Origin: Myxococcales bacterium
GTDB lineage: Bacteria; Myxococcota_A; UBA9042; JABWCM01; BTVJ01
Length of the DNA stretch: 64,000 bases
Assembly: GCA_045863395.1 (NCBI GenBank)
Contig: BTVJ01000001.1
Location: 362,643 to 426,642 of the forward strand
Direction: 5' to 3'
The position numbers and the translations under genes are program-made. This document shows positions 11,279 to 20,290 of the stretch, in pieces (the first letter of the stretch is position 1; each line of letters opens with the position of its first letter). Under the pieces are notes generated by a model, which searched no databases, had not been told where the DNA came from, and saw only the letters and a program-made list of their open reading frames with translations.

Positions 11279-12853
11279 TCAGGGGACCGTGACGGTACCG
11301 GTGAAGGTGGTGGGGCCAGCGGACGAGCTTGGAGAGAAGGCCCCTGCGGCAGCAGCGGCGCCGACCCCGGCCCCTGCCACGCCGACGCCGATCAAGGTCC
11401 AGACCCACCACTTCTCGTACCACTGCTCGTCGCTCGACGGCCCCGAGATGATGCCCGGACCGCTGACGGGGGAGCCGGACTCGGCCAGTGGGTAATCCCC
11501 GAGGATGTTCCGGACGTTGGACGGCTGCGTCACGACAGGGGGGACCACCGTCGGAGGCGGGGTGACGGGATCGCGCGGCTGGACTGGCGTCGGGGCGACC
11601 TGCTGGGCCTGCGCCGCGATGGCCTTCTGCTGGCCCTCGCGGTACACCGCGGGGGGCGGGTCCTTGACGACCCGGCTCATGGGGAAGGCCGCCATGCCGC
11701 GGACAAGCGCCTGCTCGCTCTCCAGCAGGTTCACCTGCAGGTTGGTCAGCTCCCGGTCGAACTTGACTGGCTGCAGCGCGGCGATCTCGCCCTTGCTCTT
11801 GTCGTAGAGGAACAGGTTCAGATCGTAGCCATCGGCGGCAGAGGACAGGTACTGGTAGAGGAGGAAGTCCACGTTCGCCTTCTGGGTGAAGCGTTGGGCG
11901 GCCCGCTTGAAGTTGTCGCCGAAGCTGCCGGTCTCCGCGTAGGGGACGAGTGGCTCGGGGTTGACGAACTCGCCCTCCACGCCCTGGGTGTCGGCGGCGG
12001 CGGCGGCGGCGGGCTGGAGCTTCGCGTCCACCTTGACGGTGTCGCTGCCCAGGGGGGCGCGGACCTGCTCTGCGAAGGTCTCGTAACCGTCTTGCCGGAC
12101 CTGGACGTAGTGCTCGCCCTTCTGGAGGTCCTTGACGGTGACCGGCGCCGGGCCTCGGAGGACGCCGTCGATGTACACCTTGGCGCCAGCCGGCGTCGCG
12201 GTGATCGTGGTGGTCCCCGGCTTGTAGGTCGAGAACTTCTTCTGGACCTTCTCCAGGGCGGAGACGAACGCCGGCGAGTGCGTCTTGCGGTCGACGGTCA
12301 CGTTGGGGCGCAGGCTCACCACCTGCTGGAGCGCGTCCGCGCCGTTGTCCTCGTAGCCGGCGCCAAAGTAGGCAACGGCCATGTTGAGGTGGGCGTCGAC
12401 CAGCTTGTCGTAGTCGACGAGCTGGGCGAAGTTGCCCTGGTACAGCTCGATGGCCGACTGGAAGGTCTTGACGGCCTCTTTGAAGAGCTTCTTGTCGATC
12501 TCCTCCTTGCCCTGCCAGACCAGCTTGTCGGCTTGCTCCAGGTTGGGGTTGGTCTTGGGCCCCGTAACCGAGACCCCCTCGGAGCGGATGATCAGATCGT
12601 CTTCGCGGAGCACCTTGATCTTGTCGCTGACGCTCAAGATCGCAGAGAAGAACTCCTCGATCTTGACGGCGATGATGCGAGACACGTCCGGGCTCTTCGC
12701 GAGCGGGAGCACGTAGAGGCGGATGCGGGAGTCGGGCCTGGGCTGCTGGGCCAGGGCGACCGCCGGCCAGGTGGCGGAGATCGTCGCCGACAGGAACATG
12801 CCAAGCACGGCCGGTGCCAGCATGCGGAAGCGCTTCGGGTGAAGACTGATCAC
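11279..12853 (-). CDS. PEGA-domain secreted/membrane-anchored protein
   Basis: Signal peptide, TPR-like helical region, PEGA motif TPAGAKVYIDGVLRGPAPV...GEHYVQVRQDGYETF, Pro-rich linker, C-terminal WYEKWWVW plus Gly-rich TM segment. Confidence 0.8.
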   Translation of the reverse strand: MISLHPKRFRMLAPAVLGMFLSATISATWPAVALAQQPRPDSRIRLYVLPLAKSPDVSRIIAVKIEEFFSAILSVSDKIKVLREDDLIIRSEGVSVTGPKTNPNLEQADKLVWQGKEEIDKKLFKEAVKTFQSAIELYQGNFAQLVDYDKLVDAHLNMAVAYFGAGYEDNGADALQQVVSLRPNVTVDRKTHSPAFVSALEKVQKKFSTYKPGTTTITATPAGAKVYIDGVLRGPAPVTVKDLQKGEHYVQVRQDGYETFAEQVRAPLGSDTVKVDAKLQPAAAAAADTQGVEGEFVNPEPLVPYAETGSFGDNFKRAAQRFTQKANVDFLLYQYLSSAADGYDLNLFLYDKSKGEIAALQPVKFDRELTNLQVNLLESEQALVRGMAAFPMSRVVKDPPPAVYREGQQKAIAAQAQQVAPTPVQPRDPVTPPPTVVPPVVTQPSNVRNILGDYPLAESGSPVSGPGIISGPSSDEQWYEKWWVWTLIGVGVAGAGVGAAAAAGAFSPSSSAGPTTFTGTVTVP

Positions 12854-13123
12854 GGCTCGCCTCGCTCGGATACAACCCTGGAAGGGGGTACGCTGAACTC
12901 CTCGCCGGCCCCCGCGTTGGACGGGCGCTCACGACGCGAGGCGGCAGATGCTACCAAACACGAGGAGAAAAGGTCAACGAAGCTGTGGGATTCCAGACGA
13001 CGCGGCGCTCCGGCGTGAGACCCGGTCCCGTTGGGGAGAGAGCTGTGGGCACGAGGGGCGTTGCTGGCCGCCGGTTGCCCCGCCCCCTCGACGTCCGCGT
13101 GAACCCGGGCTAGCATCGCTCGG

Positions 13124-14263
13124 ATGTCACAGGCCCCCCCGGAACAGGACGCTCCCTCGCCTGCGGCCCCGACGCCCCGCCGCGCCGCCTGGACCGCCGT
13201 GGCGGCGTGGGGCGCCACCGTGGTCGTCATCACGGCGCTGACCGCGCTGTCGCCGTTGAGCAGCCTGCTGATGGAGAACCTCCAGGTCGTGGCGGCGGCC
13301 ATGTTCCTGTACCTGCCCACCTGGCTCATCGAGCGCCAGGGGGCCGACCCGCTCACCCACGGGCTCCACGCCCGAGATCCGTGGCGCCAGGGTGCGGTGC
13401 TCGCCGTGGTCGCGGTGATCGTGTTCCCCCTCTTCGGGCTCGGGTTTCACGCCTGGCAGAGCCTCGTCCGAGAGCGATCACTGAGGGCGGATGGGGAGGT
13501 GCTGGTCCGGTGGCCGCGGGAGCTGGAGGACCGGCCCACGCTGCCGACGAGGCGCCCCTACGCCATCTGGGACGAGCGGGGGACGCTGACGGTTACATGG
13601 CGCGAGGCCGACCGCACCACGCCCGTGGACGTGGAGGTGGCCCTGGACGCGCCTCCGGAGTCCGTCGTATCCGTGGAAGTCCGAGGCAGTGCGCTCTACA
13701 CGCGTGCCCTGGGCGGCAGGGGTCCCGTCGCGCGGTGGCCGTCGGAGGAGACTGCCGTCCGGGTGCGCGGAACCGCCGCAGGGGGAGTGCGCGTCGAGGC
13801 ACACGCTGCGCGCACGGCCGAGGTGACCTTGCGCCGGGGTGACGAGGTCGTGCGGGGCAGCGACATCGCGCTCGGGAGGTGGGAGGTCGGCGCAGACGAT
13901 CCGCCCCTGCGCTTCGAGCGGGGGTGGTGGTGGCTGGTGACCCTGGTGCTCATCCAGGTGCTCGTCGTCGGGCTCCCCGAGGAGGTGTTCTATCGTGGGC
14001 TGCTCCAGACGCGCCTCGGGGTGGTGCTGCCCGCGCACGTGCGGCTCTTCGGGGCGCCGTTTGGCGCCGCGAACGTCGTCACGTCGGTCCTCTTCGCGCT
14101 CGGCCACTACCTCGTGGAGCTGGACCCGGGGCGCCTGGCCGTGTTCTTCCCCTCGCTGCTCTTCGGCTGGATTCGGGACCGGACCGGCTCAGTCGCCGCT
14201 GGGGCGGTGCTTCATGGCGCCAGCAACGTCCTCCTCACCCTGCTGTCCCGCATGTACGTGTGA
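13124..14263 (+). CDS. CPBP (Abi/CAAX) family intramembrane glutamic protease, myxosortase-like
   Basis: PEEVFYRG, FALGH, RLAVFFPSLLFGW, HGASN motifs; multiple TM segments. Confidence 0.85.
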   Translation: MSQAPPEQDAPSPAAPTPRRAAWTAVAAWGATVVVITALTALSPLSSLLMENLQVVAAAMFLYLPTWLIERQGADPLTHGLHARDPWRQGAVLAVVAVIVFPLFGLGFHAWQSLVRERSLRADGEVLVRWPRELEDRPTLPTRRPYAIWDERGTLTVTWREADRTTPVDVEVALDAPPESVVSVEVRGSALYTRALGGRGPVARWPSEETAVRVRGTAAGGVRVEAHAARTAEVTLRRGDEVVRGSDIALGRWEVGADDPPLRFERGWWWLVTLVLIQVLVVGLPEEVFYRGLLQTRLGVVLPAHVRLFGAPFGAANVVTSVLFALGHYLVELDPGRLAVFFPSLLFGWIRDRTGSVAAGAVLHGASNVLLTLLSRMYV

Positions 14264-15226
14264 GGCCAGGGGGGCATCGACGAGGCGGGCCCCTCTTGGG
14301 TCCACCTGAGCGTGCCACGGGCGGGCCTCGATACCGGCGCTGCCGAGCGCGGCGGCCATGGCTCGCGCTGCGCGCGCTGCGGCCGCCTCGCCACGCGCGA
14401 GGGCAAAGAGCGTGGGCCCTGACCCGCTGATGCTCCCCGCGAGCGCCCCCGCTGATCGGGCGGCCTCCATGGCCGCCTCGAAGCCGGGGATGAACCGTCG
14501 CCGCGCTGGCTCCGCGATGCGGTCGGAGACCGAGCGCCCGAGGCGATCCAGGTCGCCGTCGTAGAGGGCGCTCGTCAGAGTGGCGAGGTGCGCCGCCTGG
14601 TGGACCGCATCCGCCACCGTGACGTGCGTGGGGAGCGCGCGGCGGGCGTCGAGGGTCCGTACCTCGATGGCCGGGTGGACGAGGCCGAGCCAGAGGTCGC
14701 TGGGCACAGGGAGGCTGACGGTCTCGGGGGGGGTCGCGGGCCGGATCAGGATGATCCCACCCAGCAAGGCGGGCGCGACGTTGTCCGCGTGGGGGCTCCC
14801 AGATGCAGCGGCCTCTCCTTGCATGCACGCGTCCAGCAGGGCTGAGTCGGGCAGCTCGGGGCACACGAGGGCCCGGGTTGCAAAGGCGGCTGCGACAGCG
14901 CTGGCCCCACTGCTGCCGAGTCCGCTTCCGAGCGGCAGGCCCTTGTGGATCCACAGCGCGACTCCCTGGTCGGGCCGTCCCGCGTGGGCGAGCACCGCAC
15001 GGGCGGCGACCCCGGCGGTGTTGCTCGCCGGGTCGAGGGGCAGGCGCCCCCCGTCGCCGTGGATCGCCTCTATGCGCACTCCAGGCAACGTCATCATTTG
15101 CGCACTAATTACATCACCAATCCCCGCGACGGCGAGGCCCAGGCAGTCGAAGCCTGGACCCAGGTTGGAGAGGGTCGCGGGGGCGAATGCGGAGACTCGG
15201 AGACGTTCGGGCGTGTCGGTTGCCAT
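14189..15226 (-). CDS. thrB: Homoserine kinase
   Basis: APATLSNLGPGFDCLG, PLGSGLGSSGAS, HADNVAP, ISGSGPT (GHMP kinase motifs). Confidence 0.93.
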   Translation of the reverse strand: MATDTPERLRVSAFAPATLSNLGPGFDCLGLAVAGIGDVISAQMMTLPGVRIEAIHGDGGRLPLDPASNTAGVAARAVLAHAGRPDQGVALWIHKGLPLGSGLGSSGASAVAAAFATRALVCPELPDSALLDACMQGEAAASGSPHADNVAPALLGGIILIRPATPPETVSLPVPSDLWLGLVHPAIEVRTLDARRALPTHVTVADAVHQAAHLATLTSALYDGDLDRLGRSVSDRIAEPARRRFIPGFEAAMEAARSAGALAGSISGSGPTLFALARGEAAAARAARAMAAALGSAGIEARPWHAQVDPRGARLVDAPLASHVHAGQQGEEDVAGAMKHRPSGD

Positions 15227-15540
15227 GGTGGGCAAAGGTACCCATCGCGTCCGGCAATGGCAACGGGAGCGGCCGAGCTGCTCAAGGGGTCAGCTCCGGG
15301 GGGCGGCATCGCCAGGCCCGTCAGGACCGCCACCGGATGGCAGGTCGTTGACATGAAGCGTGCGGAGGCGGACACTTCGGGTAGCCCCACCAAGAGGGTC
15401 TGGCCGATGTGGCCCTTCGCTCGCGCGGCATCGCGCGTGCCGGGCTGCGGATCACCGCGGGAGCGCTCGGGATGGTTCCGGGACAGCAAGGATCGGGTCC
15501 AGACACGCGGGACGACGGTCACCAACAGACCGAGACTTCA

Positions 15541-16200
15541 GTGGCCCGCTCCGCACCACTGGTGCTGGTCATCGACGACGAGGTGTCTGTGCGACGCCTG
15601 GTGCGGGCGACGCTCACAAAGGCCGCCTATCGGACGGTCGAGGCCGACAACGGCCGCGTGGGCCTGGACCTCGCCTGCCAGGTGCTCCCCGACCTGATCA
15701 TCCTCGACATCCAGATGGACGAGCTGGACGGTGTCGAGACACTGAAGCTGCTGCGACGCACCGAGGCGACCCGAGACATCCCGGTCATCATGGTGACCGC
15801 GCTGGACGACGCACTCACGACCGTCACCTGCCTCAGAGAGGGAGCCAACGACTTCGTCAGCAAGCCCTTTCACCGGGAGGAGCTGCTCGCGAGGGTCCGG
15901 GCCCACATCCACGCACGGGGGGCGACCCGGCTCCGGGCGCTCCTGGAGTTCGCGGGGGCGGCGTGCCACGAGATGAACCAACCGCTGCAGGTGATTCTGG
16001 GGCATTGTGAGCTTCTCTCCCAGGCCCCCCTCGGCGAGCCGCACGACAGGCACATCCGCGCGATCGAGGAGGCGACACGTCGCCTCGCGACCATCGTCGG
16101 GAGCATCCGGCACATCGACCGCTACGAGACCAAGTCCTACCTCGGCGAGTCGCGCATCCTGGACCTCCAGGAGAGCGGCGCCACCAACTCGAAGCGCTGA
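15541..16200 (+). CDS. Response regulator receiver fused to HisKA-like dimerisation domain (no ATPase domain)
   Basis: VIDDE, LIILDIQM and FVSKPF receiver motifs, then H-box AACHEMNQPLQVILG; ORF ends without a HATPase domain. Confidence 0.8.
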   Translation: MARSAPLVLVIDDEVSVRRLVRATLTKAAYRTVEADNGRVGLDLACQVLPDLIILDIQMDELDGVETLKLLRRTEATRDIPVIMVTALDDALTTVTCLREGANDFVSKPFHREELLARVRAHIHARGATRLRALLEFAGAACHEMNQPLQVILGHCELLSQAPLGEPHDRHIRAIEEATRRLATIVGSIRHIDRYETKSYLGESRILDLQESGATNSKR

Positions 16201-16241
16201 GCGGTCGCTCTTTCAGGGAGCGGGGATCTGGCATCTTACCG

Positions 16242-18260
16242 CTAGAGGCGAAAGAACTGCCTGATCTTCTTGATGATTGTGTCCTGCTCATCGGCGAGGT
16301 GGCGAGAGGCGTCGGCGTCGCGTTGACGGCTGGAACGTGCGTCCAGGGAGGCCCGCCTCTCGGCGAGGACCTTGCCGATGGCGGCGATCAGCTCCTCGTT
16401 GGCTGCGATGATCGAGAGGAAGGCCCCCCGGTCGATGACGTGAAGGCGGGTATCGCGGGTGGCCACCACCGTCGCCGTGCGGCTCTCGCCCGTCATCAGC
16501 GACATCTCACCGAAGAACTGACCCGCCCCGAGGGTCGCCACCACATGGTCCTGGGCGGCGCTGGCGACGCGGACCTGGACCTCGCCCTCCGCCACCACAT
16601 AGAACGAATCGCCCTGGTCGCCCTGGCGGATGATCACCTCTCCGCGGGCGTAGCCGCACGTCCGAGCACGCCGAGCGAGCTCGTCTCGCTCGTGCTCGGA
16701 CAGGGGCGCGAGGAACGGCACGTCGTCCAGGGCTGCCCGGCGACGGCCCACCTCTCCTCGCTCGACGTCCCGCGCGTTGTCGGGGGCGGCGCTGAAGACG
16801 TTGATGTCCTGGACCGGGAAGGGGATTCGGATCCCGTCGCGGCGAAGCTGGTACCAGATACGGCCGAGCACCTGGTCTTCGATGGGCTCGCGCTCGCGAA
16901 ACGCGTCGATGAAGAAGTAGACGCGATAGATGATGCAGTAGTCGAGGTACTCGACGATGAGCACCTGAGGGCTGGGATCGTGCAGGACCCCGGGGACGTC
17001 GCGGATACCCGCAAGGATCGACTCCTTCGCAGTGTTTGGCGCCACGTCGTAGGGGAGCCCGAGCTTCACCTTGCGGCGGTGGGTGGGGGTGGGTGCGCTG
17101 AAGTTGATCAGCGGCTCGCGCGTGAGGACGTTGTTCGGGATGACCACCACGTCTCGATGGGCCGTCAGGATCTTGGTCGTGCGCCAGTTGATCTCTACGA
17201 CCTGGCCGGTCTGCTCCCGGAACTGGATGAACTCCCCCACCTCGAAGGGCTTCTCGACCTGGATGGCGAGACCCGAGATGATGCTCGACAGCGTCTCCTG
17301 GAGGGCGAAGCCGATGATCGCGGTCAGGACCGCCGATGTGGTCAGGATGGAGGTCAGGTTGACCCCAGCCTTGCCCAGCACGAGGATCAACGTGACCACA
17401 TAGATCACGATCATACCGATGTCGCGGAGGATGACCGGCATCTCTACGCGGCGGTAGCGCCCCAGGAACACGTCCACGACGCCGACGACAAGTGCCTGGA
17501 TGGCCCCGAGCACGAGCACGAAGAGGCTTACGAAGTAGAGGACTTGATACACCTCGGGCCACGCCAGCCGGGCGAGGACCACAAGCACGAAGAGCCCCAG
17601 ATACGCGATGAGGATGTTGGCTGGCGTCCGCAGCCGAGCGGCCGCAGGCTCATGGCGAAGGAGGAACCGCACGAGGACGGTCCCCAGCAGGAAGACGAGC
17701 GCAAAGACGAGGCCTGCGGAGATTGGGCGGATCTCGCGCAGCACACGCGTGAACAGTGAGGGGCGGGGCTCCATCAATCGCCCGAAGAGGGCGCGGTCCT
17801 TTGCCAGCCACTCGACGAGGGGCGAGATCCAGGGCTCGTCGAAGGCTCGGCGAGCGAGCCGCACGGACGCCTCCGGCGCGCGGCGGGTGACTGCGAGGGT
17901 GGTCGTGGGTGTTTCCCTGTGCGGCTCCCGGCGGGTGAGGCGATCCTCACGGCCTTGGGTGCGCAAGCGCTGGGGTTGGGCAGGCGCGAGTGCCGGCGGG
18001 GTGAGGACGTCGGGCGCCGAGTCGGCGTCAGCATCCGCGGGGGCGGAGGCTGACGAGCCGGGGGTAGCCGCATCCACGCGCTCCGCCGCGTCGAGCGACG
18101 CCCCTGCGTCGAGAGGCTGCCCGGCAGTGTCCGAAGCGAGGGCCACCAGCAGCGCGCACCAGAGAGCCTTCGGCACCCACCCGAGTCGTCCCACCATCCA
18201 CGCTCCAGCGGCTTGGCGAGCGCCTCTCTTCAGGCCGCACCCTGGCCGCCCCGGACGCAC
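16242..18260 (-). CDS. MscS-family channel with C-terminal cyclic-nucleotide-binding domain (start uncertain)
   Basis: IIGFALQETLSSIISG, VEINWRTT, IPFP; cNMP domain IIRQGDQGDSFYVV...FFGEMSLMTGESRTATV. Confidence 0.9.
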   Translation of the reverse strand: MRPGRPGCGLKRGARQAAGAWMVGRLGWVPKALWCALLVALASDTAGQPLDAGASLDAAERVDAATPGSSASAPADADADSAPDVLTPPALAPAQPQRLRTQGREDRLTRREPHRETPTTTLAVTRRAPEASVRLARRAFDEPWISPLVEWLAKDRALFGRLMEPRPSLFTRVLREIRPISAGLVFALVFLLGTVLVRFLLRHEPAAARLRTPANILIAYLGLFVLVVLARLAWPEVYQVLYFVSLFVLVLGAIQALVVGVVDVFLGRYRRVEMPVILRDIGMIVIYVVTLILVLGKAGVNLTSILTTSAVLTAIIGFALQETLSSIISGLAIQVEKPFEVGEFIQFREQTGQVVEINWRTTKILTAHRDVVVIPNNVLTREPLINFSAPTPTHRRKVKLGLPYDVAPNTAKESILAGIRDVPGVLHDPSPQVLIVEYLDYCIIYRVYFFIDAFREREPIEDQVLGRIWYQLRRDGIRIPFPVQDINVFSAAPDNARDVERGEVGRRRAALDDVPFLAPLSEHERDELARRARTCGYARGEVIIRQGDQGDSFYVVAEGEVQVRVASAAQDHVVATLGAGQFFGEMSLMTGESRTATVVATRDTRLHVIDRGAFLSIIAANEELIAAIGKVLAERRASLDARSSRQRDADASRHLADEQDTIIKKIRQFFRL

Positions 18261-18512
18261 CCGCAGCGTCGTGGCCAGCGTGCCACCTTGCCCGCGCAGC
18301 TTCCTATACCGCGCTCGGCTGCATCCCGCAACGACGACGTGGCTCGGCGCTGGACTTGGACATCCTATGAGAGCTGACGTAGGCTATCGCGTCCGCGCGC
18401 CGGCGGGTCGGTGGCGGAGCAGTCGAGGAATACACGCTGCGCCACTCGGGCGCCAGCGCACCCCAAGGAGGGGGTCGCCCGCCAAGCGACCCTACCCCAC
18501 ACGGATGGAAGC

Positions 18513-19340
18513 ATGACCAGCAGGAATGAGCAGGCCCGCCGGGGCCAGAGCCAGGGGCATCACTCCAGGGAGGTGCTCCGGCGCCCTGGCTCGCCAGAGC
18601 ACCGACCCTACGACGCCAAGACTCCTGGGACGCCCCGGCCGGACGTCACCATCGTCATCCCGGTATACAACGAGGCTGGGCTCCTGTCGTCCTCTGTGGT
18701 CGACCTGGTCGAGCGCATGCGGGACCTGGACGTCACCTACGAGCTCATCATCACAGAGAACGGCAGCGTGGATGACACGCTGGAGCTGGCCTACGCTTTG
18801 GAGCGCAAGTATCCCCAGCTCCGCGTCCTGCACTCCGGAGAGCCGAACTACGGCAAGGCGCTGCGCCGCGGCATCATGGAGGCGCGAGGCGAGTTCGTGA
18901 TCTGCGACGAGATCGACATCTGTGACACGGACTTCTACCGGCGAGCCCTCGCGGTGCTGCTCAACGAGCAAGCCGACATGGTCGTCGGCTCGAAGCTGCA
19001 CGCCGACGCGCAGGACAAGCGCCCGCCGTTTCGCCGCTTCGCCAGCCGGGTGATCAACTTCATGCTGCAGGTGTTCCTGGACTTCCACGGTACCGACACA
19101 CACGGCCTCAAGGCCTTCCACCGGGAGCGCCTCCTGGCAACGGTGAACCAGTGCGTCGTGGATCGGGACCTCTTTGCCTCGGAGTTCGTCATCCGGGCCG
19201 AGCGCTCGCGCTTCCGGGTGCTCGAGGTTCCCGTCGAGATTGCGGAGAAGCGGGCGCCCTCCATCAAGCTCGTGAGCCGCGTGCCCAACGTGCTGAAGAA
19301 CCTGGCTCGGCTGGTCTGGGTCATCCGTGTGAAGGCTTGA
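18513..19340 (+). CDS. Glycosyltransferase family 2 (polyprenol-phosphate glycosyltransferase-like)
   Basis: VTIVIPVYNE, ENGSVDDT, GKALRRG, DTHGLKAF. Confidence 0.88.
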   Translation: MTSRNEQARRGQSQGHHSREVLRRPGSPEHRPYDAKTPGTPRPDVTIVIPVYNEAGLLSSSVVDLVERMRDLDVTYELIITENGSVDDTLELAYALERKYPQLRVLHSGEPNYGKALRRGIMEARGEFVICDEIDICDTDFYRRALAVLLNEQADMVVGSKLHADAQDKRPPFRRFASRVINFMLQVFLDFHGTDTHGLKAFHRERLLATVNQCVVDRDLFASEFVIRAERSRFRVLEVPVEIAEKRAPSIKLVSRVPNVLKNLARLVWVIRVKA

Positions 19341-19360
19341 CGAGAACTGCCCAGCCCCGC

Positions 19361-20254
19361 GTGGCCTCCGTATCGGTGGACATCGACGGCCTCCACCTCT
19401 ACCACCGCATCCACGGCCTCCCTGAGCCACAGGGGGGCCCGTCCGTTTACGAGACGGGTGTGCAACGGTTCCTGGAGCTCTTCGCTCGCCACGGGGTCAG
19501 GGGGACGTTCTTCGTCGTAGGAGAGGACACCGCCGACCCCCGCGCGCGACGGGTACTGGAGGACGCAGTCAGGGCGGGGCACGAGCTCGCGAGCCACTCC
19601 TTCTCGCACCCTTACGACCTGTCCCTGCGCTCCCCGGAGGCCATCGTTCAGGAGCTCGCACGCACCGAGGAGGCCATCGCGGAGATCGCTGGCCGACGCC
19701 CGAGCGGATTCCGCGCACCGGGGTATAACATCAGCCCGGCGCTCCTGAACGCACTCAGGAGGCGCGAGTATGCCTACGACTCGTCGGCGTTTCCCTGCCC
19801 GGCCTACTACCTGGCCAAGGCCGCGGTGATCGGCGCCTACCGCCTTCGCGGGCGCCCGACCCACTCGATCGCCGGAGATCCCCGCGCCATGTTCGCGCCC
19901 AGGCTGCCCTACCGCCACAGCTCCTCGGGCGAAGGCCTGCTCGAGCTACCGATGACCGTTGTGCCGGGACTGCGCCTCCCCGTCATCGGGACCTCCCTGA
20001 TCATGATGGGGCGGAAGGGTTGGAGGCTGGTCAGGCGGTGGTTGCAGTCGGTATCGTTCATCAACGTCGAGTTTCACGCGATCGACCTGACCGATCACGT
20101 GGGCGACGGGATCGATGACGCGCTGTTGTCCCAACCGGACCAGCGGGTCACCCTCGACAAGAAGCTGGAGGTCTTCGACGCGGTCGTCGGAGATCTCGTT
20201 CGCGGCTGGGACGTGACCCCCCTGGACCGGGTGGCCCGCCTCTGGGCCGACTGA
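19361..20254 (+). CDS. Polysaccharide deacetylase (CE4/NodB-like)
   Basis: SVDID, GTFFVVG, GHELASHSFSH, GFRAPGY, YDSS motifs. Confidence 0.88.
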   Translation: MASVSVDIDGLHLYHRIHGLPEPQGGPSVYETGVQRFLELFARHGVRGTFFVVGEDTADPRARRVLEDAVRAGHELASHSFSHPYDLSLRSPEAIVQELARTEEAIAEIAGRRPSGFRAPGYNISPALLNALRRREYAYDSSAFPCPAYYLAKAAVIGAYRLRGRPTHSIAGDPRAMFAPRLPYRHSSSGEGLLELPMTVVPGLRLPVIGTSLIMMGRKGWRLVRRWLQSVSFINVEFHAIDLTDHVGDGIDDALLSQPDQRVTLDKKLEVFDAVVGDLVRGWDVTPLDRVARLWAD

Positions 20255-20290
20255 TGGCGAGCGCTGCTCGCGTACTCAAGGAGCCGATGC

